From NCBI GenBank assembly GCA_048013815.1, contig CM106586.1, positions 8,618,001 through 8,682,000 on the forward strand: 64,000 nt of DNA, in the 5' to 3' direction. The DNA comes from Setoptus koraiensis. Its lineage: Eukaryota; Animalia; Arthropoda. Shown here piece after piece: positions 1 through 12,017 of this stretch (the stretch's first letter is position 1; every line of letters begins with the position of its first letter). The position numbers and the translations under genes were made by a program. A model generated the notes under the pieces. The model had not been told where the DNA came from and searched no databases. It saw nothing but the letters and a program-made list of their open reading frames with translations.

Positions 1-920
1 TGCGACGTTTCGCTAGTTCCTGGACCCCCAGTATTTCTGATGATTTGCGCACTATTACTACTCTCGGTATCCATCAAGGATGTCACCAGGGAAACACTAT
101 TGAGTTTGTTGTGTATATTGAAAGCCGAACAATCGGAAAGCAGTTCCAATCTTTGTCTATAATAGAATTCTATCCAAGATTTATAGTTAACGTGTACTGT
201 TTGTTTAGATGCAGAAATAGATTTGAATAATCTAGAGTTCTCATAAACATCTATGAGGTCTTGACATATTGTTTCCGCCAAGAGACAGTCAAACATTATT
301 GACGCAACAATATCAATGCTTTTTTGTGAGCATTTAAAATCTTTCAGTTCCAATGTATTATCCACTAGTTGATAGCCTACTCGTCTGGATATATTGATAC
401 ATTTATCTCGACACAATTGTGACAATATGAGTGATCTGAATTGGCCACCATAAGTGTAAATACGATGATACTCCTTGATCCATGGCCAATTAATGAGATT
501 CATCAACATGGAAGCTATTAATTTGAAAGCTTTCTTTGCTCTGTAAGGATCAAAATGATCCAGGAATGCCATGGAATCATGTAGGCATTGTTTAGCATCA
601 TTGGTATTCCACAATAGATTAGTCAAAGGTATACGTGCATAGTAATCATAAAGTAACTTGAGTATTTCTTGTCTTATATCATCATTATCTAAAATAATAT
701 AATGATGTTTGGACGATTGTTGTACAATAAGTTGTCGTTTGAATAAATTTTCGGCCTTTGTTCTGAAATGCAATGCCTTGCTCAAAGTTTTCGAATTGAC
801 AATAAAATTGTTTTGATTATTAACACTCTGGTAGGGGGATTCAGATCGGGCATTCTGTTGCTGTTGTTGCTGCTGTTGTTTGCCACCTCCTCCGTTGGTA
901 TAATTAGTGAGCATCATCAT
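1..920 (-). CDS. SPATA2: SPATA2/tamozhennic-like PUB-domain protein, 3' end runs off the window (partial)
   Basis: Hand translation gives an uninterrupted minus-strand frame from ATG at 920 to the window edge. The ORF track lacks it because there is no stop in the window. AFKLIASMLMNLINWPWIKEYHRIYTYGGQF and MFDCLLAETICQ resemble SPATA2 PUB-like motifs (NLxxxPWxKEFxxIxTYxGxF; FELFLAKVEC). Confidence 0.8.
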   Translation of the reverse strand, partial: MMMLTNYTNGGGGKQQQQQQQQNARSESPYQSVNNQNNFIVNSKTLSKALHFRTKAENLFKRQLIVQQSSKHHYIILDNDDIRQEILKLLYDYYARIPLTNLLWNTNDAKQCLHDSMAFLDHFDPYRAKKAFKLIASMLMNLINWPWIKEYHRIYTYGGQFRSLILSQLCRDKCINISRRVGYQLVDNTLELKDFKCSQKSIDIVASIMFDCLLAETICQDLIDVYENSRLFKSISASKQTVHVNYKSWIEFYYRQRLELLSDCSAFNIHNKLNSVSLVTSLMDTESSNSAQIIRNTGGPGTSETS

Positions 921-2683
921 ATTGACAGCTTCTTCTGTCGTAGCTAGTGGGATCGGCTGAACTCTTGCTCATGCTTTTTTGCAACACCACTTTTTTGCAT
1001 GCACACGATATAGGTTTGGTATAATAATTAGTGCCAATAATTAAATAATTAAATTAAATAAGATTAAATAAGTTGTTGCACCATTATTCTTCATGGTGCA
1101 ACAGCATCACTATGGTTATAACTGTGCACTCTGTCTGTGCACCGCGATGGTTGGTGCACACCAACAATATAAAAACAGCAACACAAAATGGTGCGCACTA
1201 TTTATTTGTATTGGCTGGCTGCACCAAAATTCGCAGCTGCATTTGGTTTTTCATGTGTTCATGCTATTGCATCTATCTATTTTATTGGATACAAACATCC
1301 ATCTCTTCGATAAATGAGAAACTGGCACACACTCTTACACAGCTAAATTCGATTTCACTCCGTTCTGTTCGAATCTCAGAATTCGATTTTCGATTCGATT
1401 TTCGGAATTCGAAACTTTCTCAGAATGCGCCTTTCACTCTTTCATGCACCTAGCTTGTTTTTGCACCTTGTTCTTCACAACCCCCGCAAATAAAAAGAAA
1501 CACCGAAGCTGACGCAACAATGTTTTACATACATTCTACCAATGTCATCAACATAATTGCCTTGATTCCATCTTGGCCGATTCGACCAAGTTTTGCTTCG
1601 CTTCTATCTGACACGATTTCCGCTCTTTGACAGATGCACGTTCGGCTCTAATGATTTGACCTGGCACCATCGATTCACAAGGTAAACCTCCTAGGGGTGA
1701 CACTCAGAATACGCCCACTATAGTCTTTATGAACTCTCCAGTGTACCGAGAACAAGAATACGCTAGTCTCGTTCCCAACTTGTCAGTCGGATTCAGTTGT
1801 TTAGTTGTGTACAGTTTACAGTAAGTTGTTTCACTTGCAGCAATTATTTTTTACAAGTTGTTTCCGCGAATCAGCTAGATTTCAAATACCCAACACAACA
1901 TCCTATGTTTGGCGCTGATTGGTTTCAGTCCAACGCGTTCCAAACCATAGATTGGCACTCAATTAGAAATATGGCCGAAATTTCTGAAACTACTTCTCTT
2001 GCAACATACGATCTGAATAGTCACAATACAAACAATTCTCACTCCAGAGCGTAGATTTTCTAAGATATAGGTGTAGCCAAAGTTCGGTTAGTTACAAGTT
2101 GTAACTTACAAGGCGAGAGGGAAATATAGCCACAAATTCAAGCTATTACCCGAAGTCTCGAAAAGAATCCCATGAATACATGTAATCTTTTTTAAAGCTC
2201 AGAGTTGGAAAGTGCCTCCAAAGCGGGACCACACACTGAAAGAAGAGTCGCCAAACATCACAATAGATGACGTTTGTTAGATGCACGTACTAGTATTGAT
2301 CGTTCATTTGTCTCGACCGGCCAAGAACTGACGCACGATTGGCATGGTTCCTGAAGAGCTTCTACTTTGAGAGCTATGACATCGAACGTTATATCAGAAC
2401 TAATGACCAATAATCAGAATAAACGATACACAAGTTTCGCTGTTCTGCGAAGAACTTCATAGCCTTGGTCAATATTCGAAAAATATTGACCAAGGTTTTT
2501 TGTCCTGTAAGATTCCGCAAGCAATCGATCAAAAATTGTGTGTTGCGAAAAAGATCCCTCAAAAAGAAGATCCTCTTAGATTTCATTCGAGGGAGATGTT
2601 GTTGCTTTTATTTGATGGCCCATCTGTTTACATTTCATCGTCATCTCTATGCAGCAAAGGTTCTACGCTTATTTTTGGTCTCT

Positions 2684-3183
2684 NNNNNNNNNNNNNNNNN
2701 NNNNNNNNNNNNNNNNNNNNNNNNNNNNNNNNNNNNNNNNNNNNNNNNNNNNNNNNNNNNNNNNNNNNNNNNNNNNNNNNNNNNNNNNNNNNNNNNNNNN
2801 NNNNNNNNNNNNNNNNNNNNNNNNNNNNNNNNNNNNNNNNNNNNNNNNNNNNNNNNNNNNNNNNNNNNNNNNNNNNNNNNNNNNNNNNNNNNNNNNNNNN
2901 NNNNNNNNNNNNNNNNNNNNNNNNNNNNNNNNNNNNNNNNNNNNNNNNNNNNNNNNNNNNNNNNNNNNNNNNNNNNNNNNNNNNNNNNNNNNNNNNNNNN
3001 NNNNNNNNNNNNNNNNNNNNNNNNNNNNNNNNNNNNNNNNNNNNNNNNNNNNNNNNNNNNNNNNNNNNNNNNNNNNNNNNNNNNNNNNNNNNNNNNNNNN
3101 NNNNNNNNNNNNNNNNNNNNNNNNNNNNNNNNNNNNNNNNNNNNNNNNNNNNNNNNNNNNNNNNNNNNNNNNNNNNNNNNNNN
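2684..3183. other. assembly gap (500 N)
   Basis: Run of exactly 500 N. The ORFs spanning it are artefacts. Confidence 0.99.
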
Positions 3184-3289
3184 GAAACTATTAAACTCTA
3201 ATCGTTATGTGTGCATGCTATTAATAATGTGATAGTAAATTACATTAATTTTGACCGAGCTAACTTTGATATGAGTTGTGATTATGTAA

Positions 3290-3600
3290 CTGATAATAAT
3301 AATAATGAATAATGAGAGACAGAGAGAGAGAGAGAGAAGGAGAGAGAGAGAGAAGGGGGATAATAATTTTACATTGGTAATAATTCTAATAATAGTATAT
3401 TATTGATGGTGGTGATGATGATGGTGATGAGGGTGCTAATGGTGATGAGGATGGTGAGGTTGGTAATAATAATAGTTATGATAGTTATAATAATAATAAT
3501 ATTCAATGGTTGTTGTAGCAGTAGTATATAGATGATATAGTAGTGTGTTAATAATAAAATGCATCATGATGATGATGGTGATGATGATGATGATGATCTA
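3290..3600. repeat. simple-sequence repeats (AAT)n, (GA)n, (GAT/GGT)n
   Basis: Directly visible microsatellites next to the gap. Confidence 0.85.
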
Positions 3601-5147
3601 GGGTATTGATGTTGATATCAAAATATCAAACCTGCGCATTTTGTTGTATTTGTCTGTCTCTATTTGCCTCGATTTGTTGAAAATTGTACTGAGTGTGTCA
3701 TTTATATTGAAATAAGATTGGAAACATAAGTACAGGGTGTACGGAGAAAACTGCCAATTTCTCATCATGGCGGCCAATGTTTTTTAGAAGCCAATCTGCA
3801 GTTGTAGCAGTGAACAAAACTTGAATTTTGTTCCCTCAAATAGATGCACAGCCTGAACTGTTCATGTTATATCTCTCTCTGCGTCTGAGTCGTTGTATAT
3901 ATAAAATGCCTGTATGTCTGTGCGTTTGTCCCGTTGATGCATTGTGGTGTATGTGCCTGTCTGTTTATTTGTGCGTCTGAGCTGGTGTATAGAGCTAGAT
4001 GTGTATGTGTGTGTGTGTGTGAGAGCGTGTTTACCATCTAACCAATGTGTTCAAGTTATGCAATAGTGCGTGCTTGTCTGACATGGGCATATCGGTGGAT
4101 AAACAGGGCAAGCCCCGTCCTTTCTTATCCCTCCACATATATATTTATATATATATATATATCTAGAATCGAGTGCCAATAGCCCGTCCCGATAAGTCGT
4201 GCTTCAAGCTGTGCTGTTGTTGACAACATTTGCTGGGAGCTAACAACATTTTGTCTCTCTGCTAATTGCGTAAGTCATTCCGAGCACACATACGAAGAGA
4301 ATCCGAGTGTTTTGAGAGTTTATTAATATCTTATCACTGGATTGATTGATTGTGACAATGTACCGCGGTCCAATTATGCCCTGCCATCAGCCATCCATTT
4401 CATTGAACTTGAGACCAGTGAATGACAAGTCGGGCAACCACTCTCACCTTCGACTGTGTGATTGAAACAGCAGCAGCAACAACAACAATCTTGCTGGTAA
4501 GCCAATCAACTTGTTCTCTTGTTCTGACAGGTTAGTGATACTTTATTGCTGTGCCAAGAGTAGCAATAGACAGTAATGGTTTGGGAATAGTAATAGTATT
4601 TGCGGTGGTAGGCACATTATGTACATTAGGAACCATGACAGCTCCATTACTTGAGCTAAAGTGTGTTGTCCACAGTGTATCTTGTGAGGCTGCTGGCACC
4701 AATTAAGCCAAAAAAATGCCTAATGTGGACAACTTGTCAATTGCGTAAACCTCAGTCAGCACTATTAACATACAATTTGGCAGTTATCCATGAAGAAAAG
4801 GATCACTTTTTGCTCGCAACAACTTGCAGCCAAGTTGTTATAGTCGGGCTCATCTCCACAACACAGTGTGCATATTCGGTTGTCAGTGCTACACCTGTTA
4901 CACTGGCACCTGATACATATCATCGATACTTCGGCCAAATCGCATTACCATCTTCTTCTACACTGGATAGCTCAGAGTCAGGTTACCTTTGGTGTCGACA
5001 TTTTAAATTTTAGTTTATTTATAAAACACTTGAACAAAATTTTATTATCTTTTATTGTCTTGCACACATAACGTAGTGATTTTGCACTGGCCACCAAGCA
5101 CATTTCACACGAACAAAAACAAGTGATAATACCTCAACAACAACAAC

Positions 5148-7184
5148 ATGCTAACAAAACCCATTATTCTTCGTACAACAATCAACTTGCTCATGACCGG
5201 CAAGAAAGCTTCCCCTCTCATTGTGCGATCCAAGAATATAACCTTCAGTGAAACGAGGACTCTGGCATCATTGACCAACAACAAACATTGCCGTATCGCC
5301 TATTGTCATCAGCATCCATCAGCACGCAACTATGTGAATGTCTCCAACACGGGCCAGCAGGCAACAGGTCAGCCATCTACTGACAGTGAAAACATTGCCA
5401 GGAACGTAGCCTATAGTCATGACGACTACAAGCCCATTTGTGAGCCTTACGTAGATCCTCAAATGTCTTATGCTTACGGAAGATCAAATCGAGAACTAAA
5501 GTATTCCAGTTTGAGCAAGCAACTCAATGAGCTCGCCCAGAGGGAACCACATTCAACGGCAATTGTAAGCTATGAAGAGGGCCTCAGTAAGAACTATGAG
5601 CAATTTGTTGCAGATATCAATTGTGTCATGAAAGGGCTCGTTGAGAAACTGAATCTCAAAAGAGGCGACGCTGTCGGAATTTACTCTTACAATAACTACC
5701 AGTGGATATTGATTCAATTCGCTTGCGTTAGACTGGGCCTGGTGTTGCATCCGTTCAATCCTTCATACATGGCACCCGAGCTGGCTTATGTCCTCGGAAA
5801 AGCCGATGTGAAGGTGTTGTTCATGCCGGGAAAGAATTCCTGTCAGTCAACAATGAACAATCATTGGAATGTTATTCAAGATGCACAAATAAAGACAATG
5901 AGAGACAATGGGGATTTAGCCAATCTGAAAGATATTGTCGTATTAGATGGCGAAACTACGCCAAGCAAAGATTTTATTCTAGATAATGTCACTCAGAGCA
6001 AGTGGTCTACATTACTTAACAACGACGGAATATTACACAACAATCCAGACATCACGGACATGATGGCCTCTGTTATGTCAGATGATATATATGGTGTCTA
6101 TTATACATCTGGAACAACGGGTTTCCCCAAGGGAGCTGTGGTATCTCAATTTACCACTATGAACAATTCTGAAATGTGCTACAGGAGAATGTTTGAGCGT
6201 GGTCCGAACAATAGGATCCGGCCAAACCTTTGTCTAACATTGCCACTATTTCATCAATTTGCGGGAGTATTGGGTTTACTAAGTCCATTAGTAAAGAGTG
6301 GCTCGATTGTGTTGACTGGAATGAAATATAACATTGAGACTCTGGTGAAAGTTGTTCTCAAGTTTCAATGTAACGTCATATTTCTAACACCAACCATTTT
6401 AATTGATCTACTGACTCACATTGAACGCAACCACCTGACTAACATTCCCATTAGAACTATGCTGGTGGCTGGGTCACCGGTTATGGCCGAATTGATTCAC
6501 AAAGCTCACAAGATTATGCCCAATTTAGAAGATATCGTTATTGGTTACGGATCATCGGAGAACGGTTGCTTAGCTTCCTTGCAGACAATGAATGAGCCTC
6601 GCGAGACGAAACCATACACAGTTGGACCACCAGTAGACTTTTCTGAGATCAGAATTGTCGATACGCACACTGGCGAGATAACAAAATTAGGTCAATCGGG
6701 TGAGATTCAGACAAGAGGTTTCAACACTCTCATCGAATATTACAAGGACCCAGAGAGGACCAAAGATGTAGTTACTGCATCACGATGGTATAGAACGGGC
6801 GACTTGGGCATTTTAGACTCGCATGGGCGACTTCAGATTGTTGGAAGAATCAAGGACATGGTGATAAAGGGAGGAGAGAATGTTTATCCTGCCGAGATCG
6901 AGCATATCCTCCATCAGCATCCAAAAATTGAAGACGCTCATGTATGTGGTGTCCCAGACAAGCGTTATGGTGAGGAGGTTTGTGCTTGGATCAAGTTGAA
7001 AGATATGGACGACAAAAGTGAGGAAACGAAAGAAGAAATCAGGGATTTTTGTAAGAAGCGGCTCGCCTATTTCAAAGTTCCTAAACACATCTTGCTTGTT
7101 CAAGATTATCCAATGACACCGCTGAAAAAGGTGAAAAAGTACGAAATGAGAGCACAAAGTGTAAAATTACTAGGCTTAAATTAA
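5148..7184 (+). CDS. ACSF2: acyl-CoA synthetase family member 2-like (AMP-binding enzyme), single exon
   Basis: 678-aa ORF with YTSGTTGFPKG, GYGSSE, RTGDLG and GRIKDMVIKGGENVYPAEIE adenylation motifs. The basic N-terminus is compatible with mitochondrial targeting. Confidence 0.85.
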   Translation: MLTKPIILRTTINLLMTGKKASPLIVRSKNITFSETRTLASLTNNKHCRIAYCHQHPSARNYVNVSNTGQQATGQPSTDSENIARNVAYSHDDYKPICEPYVDPQMSYAYGRSNRELKYSSLSKQLNELAQREPHSTAIVSYEEGLSKNYEQFVADINCVMKGLVEKLNLKRGDAVGIYSYNNYQWILIQFACVRLGLVLHPFNPSYMAPELAYVLGKADVKVLFMPGKNSCQSTMNNHWNVIQDAQIKTMRDNGDLANLKDIVVLDGETTPSKDFILDNVTQSKWSTLLNNDGILHNNPDITDMMASVMSDDIYGVYYTSGTTGFPKGAVVSQFTTMNNSEMCYRRMFERGPNNRIRPNLCLTLPLFHQFAGVLGLLSPLVKSGSIVLTGMKYNIETLVKVVLKFQCNVIFLTPTILIDLLTHIERNHLTNIPIRTMLVAGSPVMAELIHKAHKIMPNLEDIVIGYGSSENGCLASLQTMNEPRETKPYTVGPPVDFSEIRIVDTHTGEITKLGQSGEIQTRGFNTLIEYYKDPERTKDVVTASRWYRTGDLGILDSHGRLQIVGRIKDMVIKGGENVYPAEIEHILHQHPKIEDAHVCGVPDKRYGEEVCAWIKLKDMDDKSEETKEEIRDFCKKRLAYFKVPKHILLVQDYPMTPLKKVKKYEMRAQSVKLLGLN

Positions 7185-7813
7185 ATTTTACATTGATCTA
7201 AGTACCATACCAAGCACCATGTTCAAAACGCATTGTTCATAGTACATCTAGACACCCCTCATTTTACCAACTTCTAATTGAGCTGTGTCCAACTACAACT
7301 GTGATATATATGACGTTCCTTACTCCCGTTGTTGTTTTTTTGCCGAGAGAGTTTGGTTGTTAACCTGTGACTCCAAGATGACACCAAGATTAGTTTCAGT
7401 GCATTACTACTGAAGGAAGTAGAAGGTAATGATCATGCCGGACAAGATCATTCTGTTGTCTACAAATAATCGCATTTTTGTGATCAACAGCTTACGACAG
7501 CATGTCGAGTAATCAATTTTTTTGGGTACTATTGTATGCAAATGTATCAATGAGTTAAATTGTCACCTGAACATTTGAGCCGACCAGAATACCCGCAAGA
7601 GGCGCTAAAAGCGCGGTAGGTGCACGCCGAATTGCACAGTCTCTCACAAAACGTTGCATTCTTTTGTTCCTCAGCATCAAACGTAGTCCGCGGATGCTTC
7701 AGCTTGACCACCGGAGAAAGTTTCAATCAGAGACTGGTCGGCAAAACACATGAAAACACTATTGGTTATTATTGCTAACGATATCAGATATGATTGATTG
7801 AGATTTTTTCCCA

Positions 7814-8314
7814 ATGGATCATCCAGAGAAATCTTCGCCTCCCGAGCCTGTTGTCACGGTCGACACAAATGAAGGTTCATCCGCTCAAGCTCCAGTCAAG
7901 GAGGAGGCAAATAAAACTGTTCCTAAGAGGAAGCCTTCTAGCAATGCACTCAAAAAAAGGAAGGCAGCGGCCAGAAAGAAAAAGTTGGCTGAAGCAAACC
8001 AATTGGAGGAAGTCGACCTTAAGAAGTTGCGGAACAGAATCAAGAAACGGAGGAGGGTCCGTGATTTGGAGCAAATGGTCTTTTACAATATAAACAACAT
8101 ACAAGTTCCCGTATTCACCGAAGAATTCCTTGAACAGAACAAAATCCAAGATAGCGAGCTGAGGCAATTGAGAAAATTGAACAATGACTTTGAGGAAAAC
8201 AACTCATTATTATTGAAACATTTAGAGAATCTAAATCTAGCCATTCATCAATTACAAAATGAGTCAGATAGACTCACTGAATTCAATCGATCTGCAAAAG
8301 TATTGATCGAATGA
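7814..8314 (+). CDS. HMG20-like coiled-coil protein lacking a recognisable HMG box
   Basis: VPVFTEEFLEQNKIQDSELRQLRKLNNDFEENNSLLLKHLENL matches the HMG20A/B C-terminal signature (IPIFTEEFLDxNKARExELRxLRK). The preceding segment is only Lys/Arg-rich. Confidence 0.7.
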   Translation: MDHPEKSSPPEPVVTVDTNEGSSAQAPVKEEANKTVPKRKPSSNALKKRKAAARKKKLAEANQLEEVDLKKLRNRIKKRRRVRDLEQMVFYNINNIQVPVFTEEFLEQNKIQDSELRQLRKLNNDFEENNSLLLKHLENLNLAIHQLQNESDRLTEFNRSAKVLIE

Positions 8315-8723
8315 ATTCTTTCACTTCGAACTTTGGCGTCTTCGTCGTCTGGTATCTTGAGCGAGCTTGCGCGAAGTGGCGATCTGGGTAAACACACATT
8401 CATTAGTCTGTCTCGGGCACACACACAGACAGGGCATGCAACCCGGCAGTAACTAGAATCCCAATAAATAAAACAATAAACACTAGCAATGATTCGTCGG
8501 AAGAAAAGTTTAAACGTTTTCTTACGCTCATAATCCGATATTTTGTAACTAGACTCTCTTTCTAACTCACTGTCCTTCTCTCTTCATTAGACTGAGCAAT
8601 ACTATTATGTAGAGTGAAACAATTCTTAGTTAGATTAATAGAAGACATATAAAGGGTATTTATTATAACAATTTGATCTCATGGAGCGAGTCTATTGTAT
8701 GAAATTTAATTATTACAATAATC

Positions 8724-9062
8724 TTAGTCGAATAGACCGAAACCCATATCTTCGTCTTCTTCTTCCTCCTCCTCTTTTTTCTCCTCCTTCTTTTTGGAGT
8801 CCTCTTTAGCGGCCTCGGCTGGGGCGGCGGAGGACGATGCAGGGGCAGCAGCTCCACCACCTGATGGGACTGTGGCTAGCCTCGTTCTTCCAGCTGCTAT
8901 CAAATCGTCAATACTCTTTCCACCAAGCTCGGCGAGAAGCTTCTTCAGTACCTCTTGGTCATGTTCGATTCCTACACTGCCGAATATCTTTTTAATATCA
9001 TCCTCTGTGGGCGATTTGTTACCACCAATAGCGGCTAGCAAGTAGGCAGCTACGTAACGCAT
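8724..9062 (-). CDS. RPLP2: 60S acidic ribosomal protein P2
   Basis: [11 protein letters not shown]-terminus, Ala-rich hinge and [15 protein letters not shown]-terminus. Confidence 0.97.
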   Translation of the reverse strand: MRYVAAYLLAAIGGNKSPTEDDIKKIFGSVGIEHDQEVLKKLLAELGGKSIDDLIAAGRTRLATVPSGGGAAAPASSSAAPAEAAKEDSKKKEEKKEEEEEEDEDMGFGLFD

Positions 9063-9345
9063 TTTGATTGTTTGAGATAAATTATGAAATTGGTGACTTG
9101 CTAATAATTAGATTATCAAATAATTGATGATTTTTTATTTTTAGAATGTTAATTCAATGGACTGATGATATTTAGATTAATTTTTTCTTGATTAGCTATC
9201 AACTCCTAAGGTAGAGTACAAAAGCAGAGCTCAAATGGGCATTGGTCGCTTTGATGGTACAGTGTTAGCGACAGGAATTCAAGAGAACACGTTGTATAAG
9301 CCACAGCATAGGATGTAGTTTTAGCGCGTTATTCAAACTGCAGCG

Positions 9346-9456
9346 ATCGCGGGGGAGATAGGAGGGCCTCCTCCCCGCTGGGAGCTATCCCCTTCCCCTC
9401 CCTATCTTCGACCCGGGAGATCTTCCCGCCTCCCCGTTTTCAGATTGGGGAGCGAT
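9346..9456. other. GC-rich multi-stem island in the RPLP2/CASC3 divergent promoter; candidate structured RNA or DNA element
   Basis: Stems found by eye: ATCGC/GCGAT (closing), GAGATAGGAGGG 9355-9366 with CCCTCCCTATCTT 9396-9408, CTCCC/GGGAG, CGGGA/TCCCG and CTCCCC/GGGGAG. Confidence 0.3.
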
Positions 9457-9775
9457 TTCCAGTGATGTGCGCTTTTGTGCCCTGCGTCCACTCTGTCTTA
9501 GAACTCTTCTGACACAGTTGAACTCTGTGCCACAGTGTGCTTGTGTGTGTGTCTATTCGTCTGCCTGACTGTGTGTTTGTGTATGTGTGTGTGTGTGTGT
9601 GTGCGTGTGTGTGTGTATGTGATTTTCTTACTATTTCTCGCGCAGAAATTTCATTTTATAATTCGGTCAAATCCGACAGATTTTCTTATGAATTTAAATT
9701 ATTATATTTACACATTTACATTGATTTTATATATTTAATATTTATAAATTTGCATACATCTAGATTTATTTAGAG

Positions 9776-11986
9776 ATGCACAACGAAGATGATTTAGATG
9801 AAGATCTGGAGGAGGAAGAAGAATTTCACGAAGCCGAGGAGGAGGAACACATGATTCTAAAACACGGCGAAGAGGAGCACACTTCGATCTGTCCTGAGCA
9901 GACTAAATTGACAGACGAGAAAGATCCGGACTTAGCGGCTGAAGTTGCGATTCAATCTTCGGAATCAGACGAACCCAATAAGAATGCCGATATCAAAGAT
10001 GTGCTCCCAAACGACTCCGATGAATGTAAGATCACGGAAAATGGGCCCGTTGAAGAGCGGCATCCTCCAGAACAATCCACAACATTGAATAATTCAATCA
10101 AAGATGGTGATATTAAAGAAACAGTTTCGAACAGGTCTTCTCTCGATGAAATTACAGAAGGCGATTCCAAAGATGGACTGTCAGAGGAGCAACAATCATC
10201 TGAATCAAATAATCTTATCAACGATAATGTTGATAGTGAAGACACTGTTCAGAGCAGTGCTTTCTGCGGTGATATTCTTGAGTGTGGTCCCAAAGAAGAG
10301 CAACTGGTCGAGCAATCGCTGAAATCTAACAGTATTGTTGAGAATGGTGACCTTGAAGAGACAATTCAAAATAAATCTTCGGATGCTGAAATCATTGGTA
10401 GCAATCCTCAGGAAGGACAATCGGTCGAACCAACAACAGAATCGAGTATAGTTGTCAATAATAACGATGTCAAACATACAATTCAGAATAGTCCTTCTGA
10501 AGCCGAAATCATTGAAAGTAATAACGTGACCGAGCAGTCAGTTGAGAAATCATCAAAATCAAATAATCTAATCAACAATGATGATATTAAAGATGCAGTT
10601 CAAAACAATTCATCGGAAAATCAAACCACTGAGAACAGTTCTAATGGAGAAATGCCTGCTAAAGACACCGCTAATGCTGTAGATCAAGAAAATAAGGATG
10701 AAGCTAAAGATGGCAAAGTGGCCACATTAGATCACGACGAAGACAAAAAGAATCCGCAATACATACCAAAGAAGGGTGTTTTTTTCCAGCATGATGACCG
10801 TTCATCCGCTAACGCTCCCGCGCGATCCACAACTTCAAAGGAAGATGATTCTGGTAATCATCCCTCTAGTAACCCCAAACTCATTACTGACAAGCAACCT
10901 GACCAATATAGAAGAGGTAGACGTGCGCGTATAGAAGCTGATCGATGGAATCACGATCTATATCATGATGATAAGCAAAAACCGAAGAGTAAAGTAGAAT
11001 TAATAAATGCCTATGGTTACGACATTAGGCATTCAGATCGTCCGAACAAAGACAAGCTTCAAAATCGTTCTTATGATAATAAAAATCAGTATAAAAAGGA
11101 TTATCCTGACCGCAGAGAGCAGGTGAGACATTTAGATCGTAACAATAGTGATCGCAAAGGACGTTTCGACTCGTCGGAAAGGAGCAGGCCTCAACCAAAT
11201 TCAATTAGGAATGTAGATCGACCAACTAATCAGAGAAGGATGAACCCTAATACAGAATTTGAGCCGATCAGAACGCAAACCTTTGAAAATTCTCGCTTGT
11301 CGCATCAATCCGTCTTCAATAGATTGGGTGTCCGTGATGCTCGTGAATTTATTAATGAGAAGAGAGCTGCTCAACAACATCAGCCTATCAACAAGCACCA
11401 CTTGCATCAGCATCACCTTGAGCAACATCACCAACAGCTTCTCCCACAACAACCACAGCACCAGCAACAACAGTCACATCAGCTACCGCAACCGTTGCAG
11501 AAACAGCAGCACCAAAAATTGCAACAACCTCTTTTACCGAAACAGAAACAAAGACAACAATCACAACTACAACAACCACAGCAACAGCAGTCACCACCCC
11601 AGCAACAACAGATACATCAACAACCTCTACACAAACAGCAACTGCCTCAACAGCAGCAACTGTTACAGAAACAGCAACTGTCCCAACAACAAACAAAGCA
11701 GCATCAACCACAACAGCATCCGCAACAGCATCAACAACCACAACAGCATCAACAACCACAACAACAACCACAACAACAACCACAACAACAACCACAACAA
11801 CAACCACAACAACAACCACAACAACAACCACAACAACAACAGCATCAACAACAGCATCAACAACCACAACCACAACAACAACCACAACACCATCAACAAC
11901 ACCAACAGCCACAACAACAACAACAGCAGCAACAGCATCATCAACACCAACAACAACAACAACAGCAGCAGCAGCAACAACAACAT

Positions 11987-12017
<31 letters not shown>

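Noticed and set aside
1500-2680. Coding-looking fragments, including a minus-strand NYVDDI (RT-like YxDD)
   Set aside because: All frames examined contain multiple stops and no other RT motifs flank the tetrapeptide, so it cannot be called a retroelement.
2465-3232. Three long ORFs across the N-run
   Set aside because: Artefacts of translating the gap.
3729-3760. TACAGGGTGT resembling a Tc1/mariner TIR start
   Set aside because: I found no partner inverted repeat or transposase in the window.
4663-5071. ORFs upstream of ACSF2
   Set aside because: Non-ATG starts and no motifs; nearby splice-like sites suggest 5' UTR or intron sequence.
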